Source: Raillietiella orientalis
Taxonomy: Eukaryota
Assembly: GCA_036172245.1 (NCBI GenBank)
Contig: JAYWIR010000008.1
Span: 992,001-1,056,000, forward strand
DNA: 64,000 bases
Direction of reading: 5' to 3'
The translations under genes were made by a program, and so were the position numbers. Position 1 is the first letter of the stretch; the number at the start of each line of letters is the position of its first letter. This document shows, piece after piece, positions 1 through 11,210 of this stretch. The notes under the pieces were generated by a model. It saw nothing but the letters and a program-made list of their open reading frames with translations, did no database searches and was not told where the DNA came from.

Positions 1-233
1 GTAATATGCCTCTTGTGTTTTTTTTTCTTTTGTATTTGTGGTATGTGCACACAAATTTCAGTTGTGCTCACTTCATCACATTCATTAACCATTTGCATTA
101 AAATTGGTTCTATAATAAATACTTCTCTTGTTCACGCATTATATGCTGCCCCGTAATGTAACAAGCAAACGCATGTTATATGTTTGGTATGGTTTATTTG
201 TTTTTGTAAAGTTCATACAAGCACGCATTTTAG

Positions 234-2297
234 GAGTCAGTGATGTTAACTGCCGTACCTTTGAAGGAGAAACCCCACTTTTATTGGCTTGTATGAGTAA
301 TAGCTCACTAGCAGTTATTGAGTGCCTTATTAATAATGGAGCCGATGTTAATTTAGGCGACAATGAAAATTTGAATCCATTACATGTTTGTAAGTTTTAC
401 AGTTTGTTTCATTGCAGCATGATTGATTGTAGGTGCAAGTTTGCACAACCATGAAATACTCAAGGTACTTCTTCAAGCAGGAGCAGATGTGAACTGCCAT
501 GAAGACATGAATGGGCTAACACCGATCTTTTTGGCTGTTTCTAGCAATACACAAATGGTGATTGGATTTTCAAATTAGAATACATCACATGAGTAATACT
601 AACAGCTAGACTGGAAATCAATTTGAATGAATGAATAACTTAAAGAAAAGGGGTTATATTTCTCTGTAAATCGTTTTTATGCACTGTTTTTGTGTATGCT
701 GAGAAATGCCGTGATCAAAACTTTTTCAGAAAGAAGATCTAGCTTTAACAGTAAAGTACCTTATAGAAGCTGGTGCACACCTGGTTGAGCAATCTGATGA
801 AAACTGGTTGCACTCTGTCTTGCTTGCAGCTGTTTTTTATGGCAACACTTTGGCTGTGTCTGTATTAATTCAGAACTTTCAAGAAATGGGGATACTATTT
901 TCTCTGATAAATCTGGGGTAAAAACATTTGTCTGAATTCAGCTGTTATCACAAGTGTTATCTGATTCTCACCAGACTTGATGATCGTTTCACACCTCTGA
1001 TGATGGCTTGTCAAAAAGGCTCTGTGGAAATTTGTGAGTTATTACTGCAATCAGGTGCTGATCCCAATGCAATGGCAGAGGATGGCACTATGGCTGCAAA
1101 TAGTGCTGTTGTAGCTGGTAACCTAGAGTGAGTGGAAAGTTCTATTGGTTGTAATCCCTTCCAGGAATTTTCAGCGAATTGTCACCCTGACTGATCAGAA
1201 TATCCTCCAAAATCAGGGTTATCGTTTGGAACAGTTATGCACTGAACATCCCGTTTCTCTCACATGTGGTTTAGAAACCATTGATATCCTTAGCCAGACA
1301 AACATTTACTGTAATGTGCTCCGTATTGGCTCCATAGAGATGTTCCGGTGTCTTGTAAAACATGGTGTTTCCCCTGAAAAAACGTGCTTTTCTTTTGCCC
1401 ATGAGGTGGACATTGAGCACAATCTTTCTCAGTGTCTTACTGATTGCTTCTTATTGACACCATTTACTTTATTTCTTCTCTTAGTAAAATCTCAAGAGAA
1501 GGACTTGATCACTGAATGTTTTTCATTGAATTGTGGACATCAGGTAGTTCATGATGACCTTATTCCACCTTTGCTAGCATCTCTTCTACATCCCTCTTCT
1601 GATGTTTATAACTGTACACTACCTATTTGGTCATATAGCTTTGATTCCATGGGAAGCTATGTGGTCTTATCATTGTTGCAAAAAGGAGTTGAAGTCATGG
1701 ATGCTAGGTATTTTGTGATTTCATTTTTGTTAAAATTATGTTTGTTTCCAGACTAATAAACAACTTGCTCCTAGTAGCCTACCTCAATCCTTGTGCTGTT
1801 ATGCTATATTTGAACCAGATATCAGCAAATAAGATGCCTATCATGCATGATCGCCTGAAATTAGCTTATGGTAGTCATACTTTTGGTTGGCCTTTTTATT
1901 TTCAATGTGAAGTATAGGTAATTGTGGGACAGCTTTCAAATGGACTTCCTTCCTCCATACCTGGCAACTGCAACCACTTGAGTCTGTTTGTTTGCATCTC
2001 CGTTTTTTCCTTCTTCTTCTCCTTTTGGCAGACTTATCTGTTGGAAATGTATATGCTATTGCATCCTTAATTGATATGGAGCCAGCTATGTCAGGTAACT
2101 GTAGATCAGTTACTTTTGTATTATTACTTTTACTAGTTGCTGTGCCTTCTTTACGATTTTGGAGTGTCAAACAGTGTAGAAGTTGTTTTAAAGGCGATCA
2201 ATCCATAGAAGCAAGCGTTTATTCTTTGTGTGTGCCGACAGTCATCAGGAATTTGCTCCTTTTGCAAGATGTCAGTCCTGATTGCTACTTGTATTAA
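234..2297 (+). CDS. Ankyrin-repeat and SOCS-box protein (ASB-like), 5'-partial; exons ~234-389, 433-557, 730-917, 975-1127, 1165-1707, 1752-1870, 1918-2094, 2137-2297
   Basis: Hand splicing at GT..AG sites keeps phase throughout. It gives ankyrin repeats (GETPLLLAC..LINNGADVN, LNPLHVC..LLQAGADVN, GLTPIFLAV, FTPLMMACQKG..LLQSGADPN) and a C-terminal SOCS-box-like VPSLRFWSVKQCR..SLCVPTVIRNLLL. AATAAA at ~2362. The 3' exon boundaries are less certain. Confidence 0.85.
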
Positions 2298-3249
2298 TTT
2301 GCGTCATGAAAGGACATGTTCTGAAATCAGCATTAGAGATGTGTTACAAAAACAAAAAATTAATAAACCATACATACTTTACTATAGTAACATATGTATG
2401 TTTTACATGCAACATTTTATTTTATATATGTGCGACGTATTGTGTACTGCTCATCGTGGTTTCATGAATTTTCGCATGTTATTTGCCACGCATAGGAATA
2501 TCTTTATAGAAATAAATTTTATGCATTTTCTAATTCTACTTTCAGTGTTATAATTAATGCAGTCACGTTTTATCTCTTTCCAAGTGGGAACGGTGAATAT
2601 ACCACGAATGTGGTGTACGCTCTGCGCCAGTGCATGATTTTATATAGTTAAATGACGAGGCTTGTGAATGGCACCAAACCTCCTAGTTACACGATATATT
2701 TGAAAGTTTTTGGCCAGATAAATCGGAAATCGTACATTGCGCTCCCGCTCGAACTGCCTCCCTCTTCACAATTGCACCCACCGTGCTCATCGTTTCTCCA
2801 GCCATGCATTCGAGTTTGCATTTATTTGTTATTTGATTTCCCGGTGAACTAAAAGTGAAGCACACTGGTGGCAAATTCTTCATTTACTGCCTGTGGTCTC
2901 TTGCAGCCGATTCATTCCAAATAGCCATCCGGCAAATGAGTGCACTGCATGTTTCTCACTCGTAAATTTCAATGCCCTGTGCCCTTTCTGCCAAGTCCGA
3001 CAGACGCTCCACTCTGCACTTTGCAAACACATTTGCAGTACATTTTTTAAACAAATGTGGTAGCCGATTTTTATTTTCCATCCATATTATTTTATTTTCC
3101 ATCCACCTTTATATCAGATGCCTTAACCAGTTGCCGTGCAAAAGATGTGTCCGTATTTGTGGAGAACTAAGCGACGGCCATGTAAAAATGCAGTGTTGGT
3201 GCATTGAGTGCAGCTTTTGTGAACACCCGAATTCCGTGTTGAAGTGTTG

Positions 3250-4092
3250 AAAACACATCAGCGGTTTCGAAAGAGAATCTTGAACTGCACGGTGTACTCT
3301 CGAGTGTGAAACCTCTTCGATAAGAGCAGCTTATTAAAAACGCTCAGCCCCCCCCCCCTTTCGCCCCTCTCTTCGAGGGTGATGTAAGCTTCCAGTTCTG
3401 GAAAAGACTTGGCACTTCTGTCGACAGTTTTCTGATGCTCACCGAGCATCTCTGCTTTGCACTGATGAAAACATCTCAATACCTAATAGTAGCACATATC
3501 CTGATTTCACTAGGCAGTTGCCTTATCGAATGACTGACCGTGCTGAGATTCGGATTTTTTGCAACGGTTTTCCAATCTGTCAGTGAAATATGTTAATTTG
3601 GGGGCTGCATCATCCTAGGTCCCGTTGCCACGCTTGTTCTGAAATGATCTTGAACGCAACTATTCACCAAGTGACACTTGAACGCTTGGATTTTGCAACC
3701 ATCACCTCAAGACCTTTTAAACCTTAGAGAACATCTGCCTCTCAAGGAAACACCCTTAAAGTTCAGAGGAATAAGCGTATGGTGGACGAAATTCCATCGG
3801 AAAGCTGTCTCACAATTACCTATTATTACAAGTATCAAAAATGCATGGTATAAGACAGCATGAAAAATTAAAGAAAAGTGTTCAGCGAGTAAACTTCTGG
3901 GCTTCGAATGTGATGGATTTCATGACTGCTCTTGTTTTGGTGATTTTTCCAAAATGCTTACGGTTTCTATTTGAAAGCCGTAGGGCCTGCTTCAAAGAGG
4001 TCTCGAAACTCGGTTTGTTTGGTTTCAAATGGACTTTCAGGAATCATGTCTTCTGAATTCCCTAATCAGCTTTTGTGAAAGTAGCTCATCCA
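3250..4092 (-). pseudogene. Decayed coding relic; distal continuation of the putative viral L-like frame beyond the LINE insertion
   Basis: With the LINE removed, the frame reads ..EMSFITKDCGLSH|MDELLSQKLIREFRRHDS across the TSD. Further on it is broken by stops and frameshifts. The left boundary is approximate. Confidence 0.5.
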
Positions 4093-4100
4093 TGTGGGAT
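4093..4100. repeat. Target-site duplication TGTGGGAT (left copy; right copy 5995-6002)
   Basis: An identical 8-mer lies exactly at both ends of the LINE homology. Confidence 0.85.
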
Positions 4101-5994
4101 CTTTCACCCAGGTAAGCCGGAGCTTTTATTATTAAAAAAATTTTTACAGCTATTAATTGCTGTCGTCTGTATTTGTGTTCCTGTCAGAACACATTGCTCT
4201 TATTTTCTTATGCACTTGTCCTTTCCGACTTGTATGCCGGTAAGGCCTTCTCCACTGGCGAAGGGGATGGGAAAAAGAGAAAAAAACAAAACAAAAAAAG
4301 TAAAAACGCTTGGGGGACAATGTTTATGGGGAGGGGAGGGAAGGGAATGGATCACGGTTCGCCGTGGGGAGGCCTCTGCATCTGGTTCTGGATGCGAACA
4401 AGAGCTGGCAGAATTTTCCTTAGCCGGCGCCAACGGGAAGCCTTCTCCATGGAGATGACTGCCCAGTGGATGGCATGCCGACTCCTGTGGCCTCTTCTTG
4501 ACACGGTCCACTTGTCCACAATTCCTCGTATGCAGCAGAGAACTGCAACACTTGGCAGGGAGTTCTTCATCAAGAGGCGACGAAAAATATTTTTAGGGTC
4601 GCCCACTGGTACGTTTATGGCCGACGAGAGTCGATCCCAAATGAGGCGGAGGGCAACACACTCGATTATTAAGTGGGGGAAGGTCTCCCTTCCCCCGCAC
4701 TCTGTGCAATTGGCATCCAAACTCTCGGAGGTCCAGTGAGACAGGCGTGCTCTGCTTAAAAGTCCCCAATGGAGCACAAGCAGCACCGTCTCCTGCCAAT
4801 CCAAAGGGAGGGTGCCACTGTCCCAATACGCCGGGGGCCACTTCACCTCCTCCGGAGGCATGCCGAGCAGCTCGCCCCAGCGTACAAGTCCATTCGGCGG
4901 GACACTCGGGGTTGTAGCGTCCTCTAGTTTCCGGGACGTCAACACCTTCATCAGTTTTTTCCTGCCCCCGATGAGACAGGACACTTCATACGAAGCCTCC
5001 TCTTGGCTGTCCCTGGTTTCTCTGAGGGAGGGCAGCACAGGGGCAAGGGGGGTTAATGAAGCCCACAAAAGCTTTTGTGGGTTGGAAACGATCTCCCGCA
5101 GGGGCTGGCCAGCGTTCCTGCCTCGACGGAGGCAGAAGTCAACGTCGCTGGAGCCGTTGATTTTTGTCCATGCGGAAACGGACTCCTGGAGCCAGGTAGT
5201 CTAGTTTGCGGGGCTGCAGGAGATCCACGGGTTGCTCCTCACCAGGGCCACCAATTCCCGTAGCTGAAACCCACAATGGTACAGTCTACAGTCGTTGGTT
5301 ACGAGGACTGAAGTCAATCCGTTGCAGCCGGTTGCCCTGTGGGCGAGGAGTCGTGTGGGCGCACACCATGGCGCTGTCCAATATTTTGCCGCAAAGGCAA
5401 GTTTTCTTAGTTGGAGCTGACGCTCCATGCGCTCCAACGTCAGGAGACCAAGTCCACCGTCCCTGCGTGGAGCGCACAAGTCTTTCAGTCGGAAGCGGGG
5501 CCTCCGGTTACCCCAAAGGGCTTTCCTGATGAGGCCCCTTGTCCGTGTCCTAATTTGGGGAGGGGCAGGGTACACAAAAAGTAGAGGGCGAAGGAGGGGG
5601 GCCGCAAAGGCGTTCCACACCGCGGCCCGTTCCTGCAAGTAAAACTTGCCGTCCCGGAACGGGCCGATCGCTAACTCCACCTTTTGAAGACGGTCGGACC
5701 AGGCTTCTGCAATGCAGAATTCCCCCAACGGAACGCCAAGGTACTTGGTGTACCCGCCCGTGGGGATCCTCAAGAGGATCCGGTCCGATCGTCCTGCCCG
5801 CGACGAGCCCGAGAAGATGATCGACGACTTCGTCCTGTTCACCTCCAGGCCTGTTCCGCGGCGCAGCAACTCGAAGAAATCCTCGAGAGCCGATGCCGGG
5901 GTGGACCCGGGAAGCAGCAGCAGGAAATCGTCTGCATAGGCCGACACGGCAGGCGTGCCGGCACACGAGCTCGGCAGGGTTGCCAAAGTCTCCC
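4101..5994 (-). mobile_element. Tx1/L1-clade non-LTR retrotransposon, 5'-truncated copy 1 (RT C-half to 3' UTR)
   Basis: AYADD, YTKYLGVPL, LCAPRRDGGLGL and CCHC knuckle CTECGGRETFPHLIIEC in one frame with a single TAG at 5201-5203. AATAAA at 4125-4130(-). 8-bp TSD. Clearly homologous to the copy at 33.3-36.4 kb. Confidence 0.93.
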
Positions 5995-6002
5995 TGTGGG
6001 AT

Positions 6003-8900
6003 AAGCCGCAATCTTTTGTGATAAAGCTCATTTCTGGCACTTCTGCAGCCACGGTTTCCCGATTTTTCGTCTCGATTTAACTACTCAGTCATATTTTCCT
6101 TAGGAGTTCTTATTTTTGGGGCCGGCTTCTAGGTTCCCACTTCCGTGAAATGTATTGGGATCTTCGTTCCTCGTGGACCACTTCGTCCCGAAAGCCACGG
6201 TGGAAAATTAAGTGAAGATTTTTGCTTTTGCCGTCTGCGAACATTGGAGTCTCTTCCGAAGCAAATGCATCCGAACAACGATTTGCGGTCAAAATCTTAT
6301 CCAGAGATTCATCTCGCAAAATTTCAAATGCTGCTTTCTCAAGGGTTGCAGGGGGGGGGGGGTTAAGAACTGATCCAAAAGCTGCAAAAGCAAAATGCGA
6401 AGCCGAATTTCGTAATCTGCCGTGGGTGAAATTTTTGAGAAAATAATTAGCGTTGAGAACGCAGCTCACATGAACCACTCTTCGTTCTCTCATTTAATGA
6501 GATCGAAAACACCGGAAGGTTGCCATGTTTACGTTTTTGGTTTGCTTTCTTCCGATTACCGCTTGAATCCATCAGGGATGTGCAGATGCTTTGGGCCAGA
6601 ACGCATGTTTTGCTTTCTTAGCTTTTTTTTCTTTTTGTGGTTTCGTTAATGTTTTCTTGAGTAGCCACCGACGTGTGCTGCCGGTTTCGACTGCGTCTTT
6701 CTGCGAGATTCTGCTAATGGACCACTGCGATGACTAACGGTGCAGCATGGAATTTTCCAGATTGCCTACAAACTTGCGCGCCTTATCAATCACATGTCCA
6801 TTCTGAAAACTTCTTCTTCCGCTGGATTCCTGCTTCCTAAAGTGAACATGGTAATCATGAATAGTTACAGGCCTGGCTTTTCGTCTAACGAATCCAGCGG
6901 CTTAAGACTTTTTCTGTTATGAGCGCCCCCATCTTTGGCTCACATTCTTCGACGAAGAGTAGTTACCACTACTGTTCTTGCTGGATGCTGATGAGCGTCG
7001 AGATGGGAAAGAATTTGCTGGTACCTGACTTTTGGGGAAATCGTTCATTCTCGTCATGCTTGGCGTTTGAAAGTGGCATGTGGTGCTTATGGGCTACGAA
7101 ATCGCCCTTCAATCTGGAAACCGTAATTTAATGCAACCAGAGGGAATCTGAAGATGGATTCCGGAAAGAGAAGTTTACAGGAAACGAATCTTGGGGTTTT
7201 GATGGTCCTGAAGATCCAATTAAAGAAATTTCCTCCTTTTTGGAATTCGCTTGTTCTTACAAGATTCTTATGATTCGTGGAAAATGACAGGTTTCTACGG
7301 CCCTTTCCGGTTGTTGCTATTGGACACATTTCAACGAAAGGGAATGTGTAATGCAAGTTGCCTTTGACGACTTAGGAGAACTTGTGTCTATCTTCTGGAC
7401 TCATTGAGCAAAACAATTACCGAAGAACGTACTTATCATCCATTTCGATTCGAAATAATGATTTCTGCTTAAAGAAACGCCCATAGGAATGTTGCTTCAC
7501 GAGATTCCGTGGATTTAGAGGGCCCCACAGATTTAAATCTTGCTCTTGTGATGTTCCTAGATACTCAATTCCTCGATGCTTTGTTTTTGACAAAGTGTTT
7601 CAGATAAAAAGTGACACTGTGCGTTCGTCATCATCTTCTGCTAGTCGACTCTTCACGGAAACTCAGCTTTGTGCTTATTTTTGTTGTTTCCTTCAGGCAG
7701 CTTTCTCTTGAAAGGTGCCACTGTATCCACGTGCGGGCTGAGGACAAGGTGAGTTTCATGAGTTTGGTATCTGACCTGGAAATTGGGAAAACGGAAAATT
7801 TCTTGAGGCGATACGATCTCAGCTCTAATTTTCGTTTGATGAATCTTACAAGCAAGTTGTTTGTTTAGTCCCTCACCTTTAATACCGAAACTTTCCGCTC
7901 AACACTGTCCGTTGCGGAGGTCAATGCAACTTAATTTCGGCTGAGTAAATTAAATGGATACATAAATTCAACTGTGTGAGCGTGTTTTTTTGTTGTTGTT
8001 GTTTTGATAGAAACTTTTGGGGATGCGAGAACGTACTGGGCTGGTGTATTTTTCGTCCTCTGCGAATCCAGGGAAAGGAAGAATCGGGAAAGCAGAGTGG
8101 TAACGGCGCTTTATATGGGAAGATGCTGCCAGCGGAAATTTCGAGGCTGGTCAGCACCAGAAAATCCTCCCTTCCATGGGTTTCAAGAAATCTGCTAAAA
8201 CAGCTCGTGTGGAACGTACGTTTCCATGTAAATTTCACGACGAGCACTCGGAGGTAATCAAGCAGTGGATGACCTCATCATCAGGAGGTGCCAGCAGGGT
8301 GGTTCCATAAACTGAGAAATTCCGAGTCATCCGTACTTTCGTGAAATCTGGATTTTGCTGTGTTTTGGAGGCGAAAGTCGAATTTCAGGCGATACCTCTG
8401 CCTGAAAGAAAGGAGAGAAACTATTTCCAAGCATCAGCTGTTCCTCAGGGAATACCCGCCTCGATGCACAGAAGAGGAAAATTCCGGTCTTGTGCATGGA
8501 AAAAATGATTCTCTTCCAGTGGTGATGAGTTTCATCGGAGAGAGAAAGAGCCACTGGTAAATAAGACAAATGCTATAACTGTAGGTCTCTTCTACTAGCA
8601 ATAATCGCGCCTCCCTGACGTTCAGCGGCGGCGATACTGCCCCTGAGGTCTCTTCTACATCTTTCATGACGAATCAGCGATGTTTGAGAAGCGACAAGGG
8701 ATGATGACTTGCAAGGATGTTAAAACGGGGAATGTAAAACGTTACGGATGTGTTATGGATGATTATCAGGGGCATCAGTTTTTGCAGACTTCTCTGCGAG
8801 CAGACTGCGAAGGGCCTCAAGATGGGCAGAGTCAGCTTGGGGACCACAGCGCCCGGGAAGACACGGAGGGAGATTCTCGCTCGAGGGCTTCCCTGAAGGG
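6003..8900 (-). pseudogene. Putative endogenous viral element: decayed L (RdRp/capping/MTase) gene of a Mononegavirales/Jingchuvirales-like virus
   Basis: Ordered motif-like segments on the minus strand: RISLRVFP..NILASHHPL (~8880-8690), RRVFPEE (~8450), VLADFLKP (~8200), RGIEYLGTSQE (Y at 7563), KGNLHYTF (H at 7353, 70 codons after Y), FSTN..GGNFFNWIFR (7285-7207), ATLEKAAFEIL..FADGKS (~6350-6224), FITKDC (~6020). Multiple stops and frameshifts, no introns. Matched from memory of rhabdo/paramyxo L motifs, not by search. Confidence 0.65.
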
Positions 8901-9292
8901 GGGGCACGGTCGGGCGCGGTGGTGGTTGCTCGGCGAAGGGGGGGGGGGGAGAAACGGCAAGGAGCCTACGAAACCTAGTGCCAAATGCTTTTTGTTGATT
9001 GTGTTACTACGTGTGTCAAATCATTATTACTGTGACCATTTTGCAGCGATTAGTATCGGATTGTTCAGCGCGCGGCTAAAACGCCACCGTGTGGAGGTTT
9101 AGAGATCAGAAGAGGGACCTCAAAAGAAATCAAGGTCATTCGAAGCTGTTCAGGGAACAAAGAGCAAATGACCCACAGCTGGGGGGGCGGGGGTGAGGGG
9201 GGGAGAGACGTAGATTTTTTGCATGGAGCTGGTTGTGCTTGTACGTTTTGTTTCCTTTACGAACGAAGATGTGACGCAACCGCACATAACTC

Positions 9293-9305
9293 GTTGCTAG
9301 GCAAC
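9293..9305 (+). promoter_or_regulatory. X-box (RFX-type) palindrome GTTGCTAGGCAAC upstream of LAMTOR2
   Basis: Matches the RFX inverted-repeat consensus and lies ~320 bp upstream of the ATG. Function untested. Confidence 0.35.
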
Positions 9306-9625
9306 GTGGGTAACCGTAAGCCTGATTCTGTGCAAGGTCGGGTTCGATGTTGATACGAGAACGAGTTTGATTATTTCATGTGTTTGTGTTTGTGTGAAGA
9401 AAGCGTGGAACTTATATTTTAAGGATTTGCATCAGCTGTGCGGGGATCTTTGTGAGTGATTATTTATGGGAAAATTCAGTTTCAGTGGAGTAGTGGTGTA
9501 GAATAAAATTTATTTATTTGATTAAGAACTGAACAATACTGATAAATGTGACGCAAACCTTCATTCATTGGTTTGAGAAATTCAGGTGCTTTAGAATAAA
9601 TGTTTAGCATTTGCACTAGCATAAA

Positions 9626-10071
9626 ATGTTAAGACATAAGGCTCTTACTTCAATTTTGACACAGGCAACCACTTCAGGAATTAAGTGTACGTTTTTAATG
9701 AATACCGAAGGGGTTATCTTAGCAAATAGTGGTTTCCAAGAAAAAGATAACAAGGTATTCATGTTCAGCAATGCATTTGTAAATGGTAATAAAAGATATG
9801 ATTATTTGCATAGGATTCTTGCATTAAGGCTGCCATAGCAAGCAATGTTTGGAATGCATATGAAAAAAATGGACAGGTATTTTTAACAGAAGACAATTTA
9901 CACATGATGTTTATTGAATTGGAGAATGGGAAAATCGTTATTATCAAAGTAGCTAATTTGCTTCTATTTGTGCAAGGACTTCCAGAGATTGGTTTTGGTC
10001 TCCTTAAAGCTAAAGCTGAAGCATTAGCGCACTTCTTAGAACATCCTTTAAATGAAATCAATATTTCCTAA
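9626..10071 (+). CDS. LAMTOR2: Ragulator complex protein LAMTOR2 (roadblock domain), exons 9626-9754 and 9814-10071, 128 aa
   Basis: MLRHKALTSILTQATTSG..AAIASNVWNAYEKNG..KVANLLLFV..GFGLLKAKAEALAHFLEHPL closely follows metazoan LAMTOR2. 59-nt GT-AG intron, AATAAA at ~10116. Confidence 0.97.
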
Positions 10072-11210
10072 ACTAACATTATGTTAGATCCCAATCATTT
10101 GTTTATAAAGCATTCAATAAAGTTATGTGAATGCAGTCTGTGCATGTGGTGGTTGTTGCAGTTTCTGGAGAGCTTTTAGGGTAAACTGGATGCAATGTTT
10201 GTCTTACAAAGGCATATAAAAACTATTTGCCAATAATCACAAAGATCCACAAACGTTGTAGGTTAATTTTGATCTGTAGGAATACTTAAAAGTGCCCAGC
10301 ATGCAAAAGTTCTTTGTAGAAAGCCAGTTGTTCTCTGGTAAGTATCAAATAGAGTGCAATCTGTGAAGCAAAATCAAACTTCTTGTTGACTCTTAAATTC
10401 AGGATAAACATTTGTAAATTAAAATTAATAACAACATGCATTTGTATTATGATGCAGAAGTTGTTTAAAGCTGAAGAACCAGTACTTTCTGAGTTGAAGT
10501 GGACATATTGTTTCATGAGATTCTTGTTTAACATTCATTTCCCAGAAATGAACCTGAATTCGAATGTTTCATTTGTAATGTCTTCAAGTTCATTTCTTTC
10601 TAGAATGCTTACAAAATTCTTTATGCTCAAATTTAGCGAAGGTGCAATGGCTAGGAGGCTGTTGCATTCTTGGTTTTCATATTTTTGAAGTGATTTTCAA
10701 AAATTTCACTTTCTATATTACATAGTTTGGTCATGTTTCTGTTTCATTTGGATGATTCCAAAACAAGTGAAAAAAACATGCAGTGCATTTCTCAATGAGT
10801 ATTGAATTTGTGCAGGATTGTGTTTTGTCTTATCATTGCATGCAGATAATTATGTTACATGATAAAAGTTGACACCGAATTGTTTGCTGTTGGCTTCCTT
10901 ATTTCTGATACAGTTAGCAGCTCAGTGGTTTTAATGCATATCAAGTAAACTAAATTGGATTGATTGAAGTCACAACCTGAAAATGATTTGAATAAAAGTC
11001 ATATTGGAGAAACAACAAAAGGCCTGTAAAATGCATAGATTAATGACTGACTGCATGGTAACAAATTTATGAAGATTTCCCAAAATTATTATTGAAAATG
11101 CATTATGTCAAGCATAGTTGATCAATCTGATCGTTCACATGTGGTGAATTATTAAGACTCATGTTTTGGATTTCTGGATCTGGTGTCTTCTATGCCAACG
11201 GTTTTTTTTT

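Noticed and set aside
5990..6060. Virus-LINE template-switch chimera (in-frame fusion ORF 5201-6052)
   Set aside because: The TSD and continuation of the frame on the far side show simple insertion, and the decay levels differ.
6975..7020. Hammerhead ribozyme cores (CTGATGA..GAAA here; CTGATGA at ~17769)
   Set aside because: Stems I and II do not form properly, and the second site lacks GAAA.
7631..7855. KKFSVFPI resembling a Fanzor/TnpB motif
   Set aside because: No RuvC DPG/E/D motifs or zinc finger nearby; the surrounding frames fit a viral L better.
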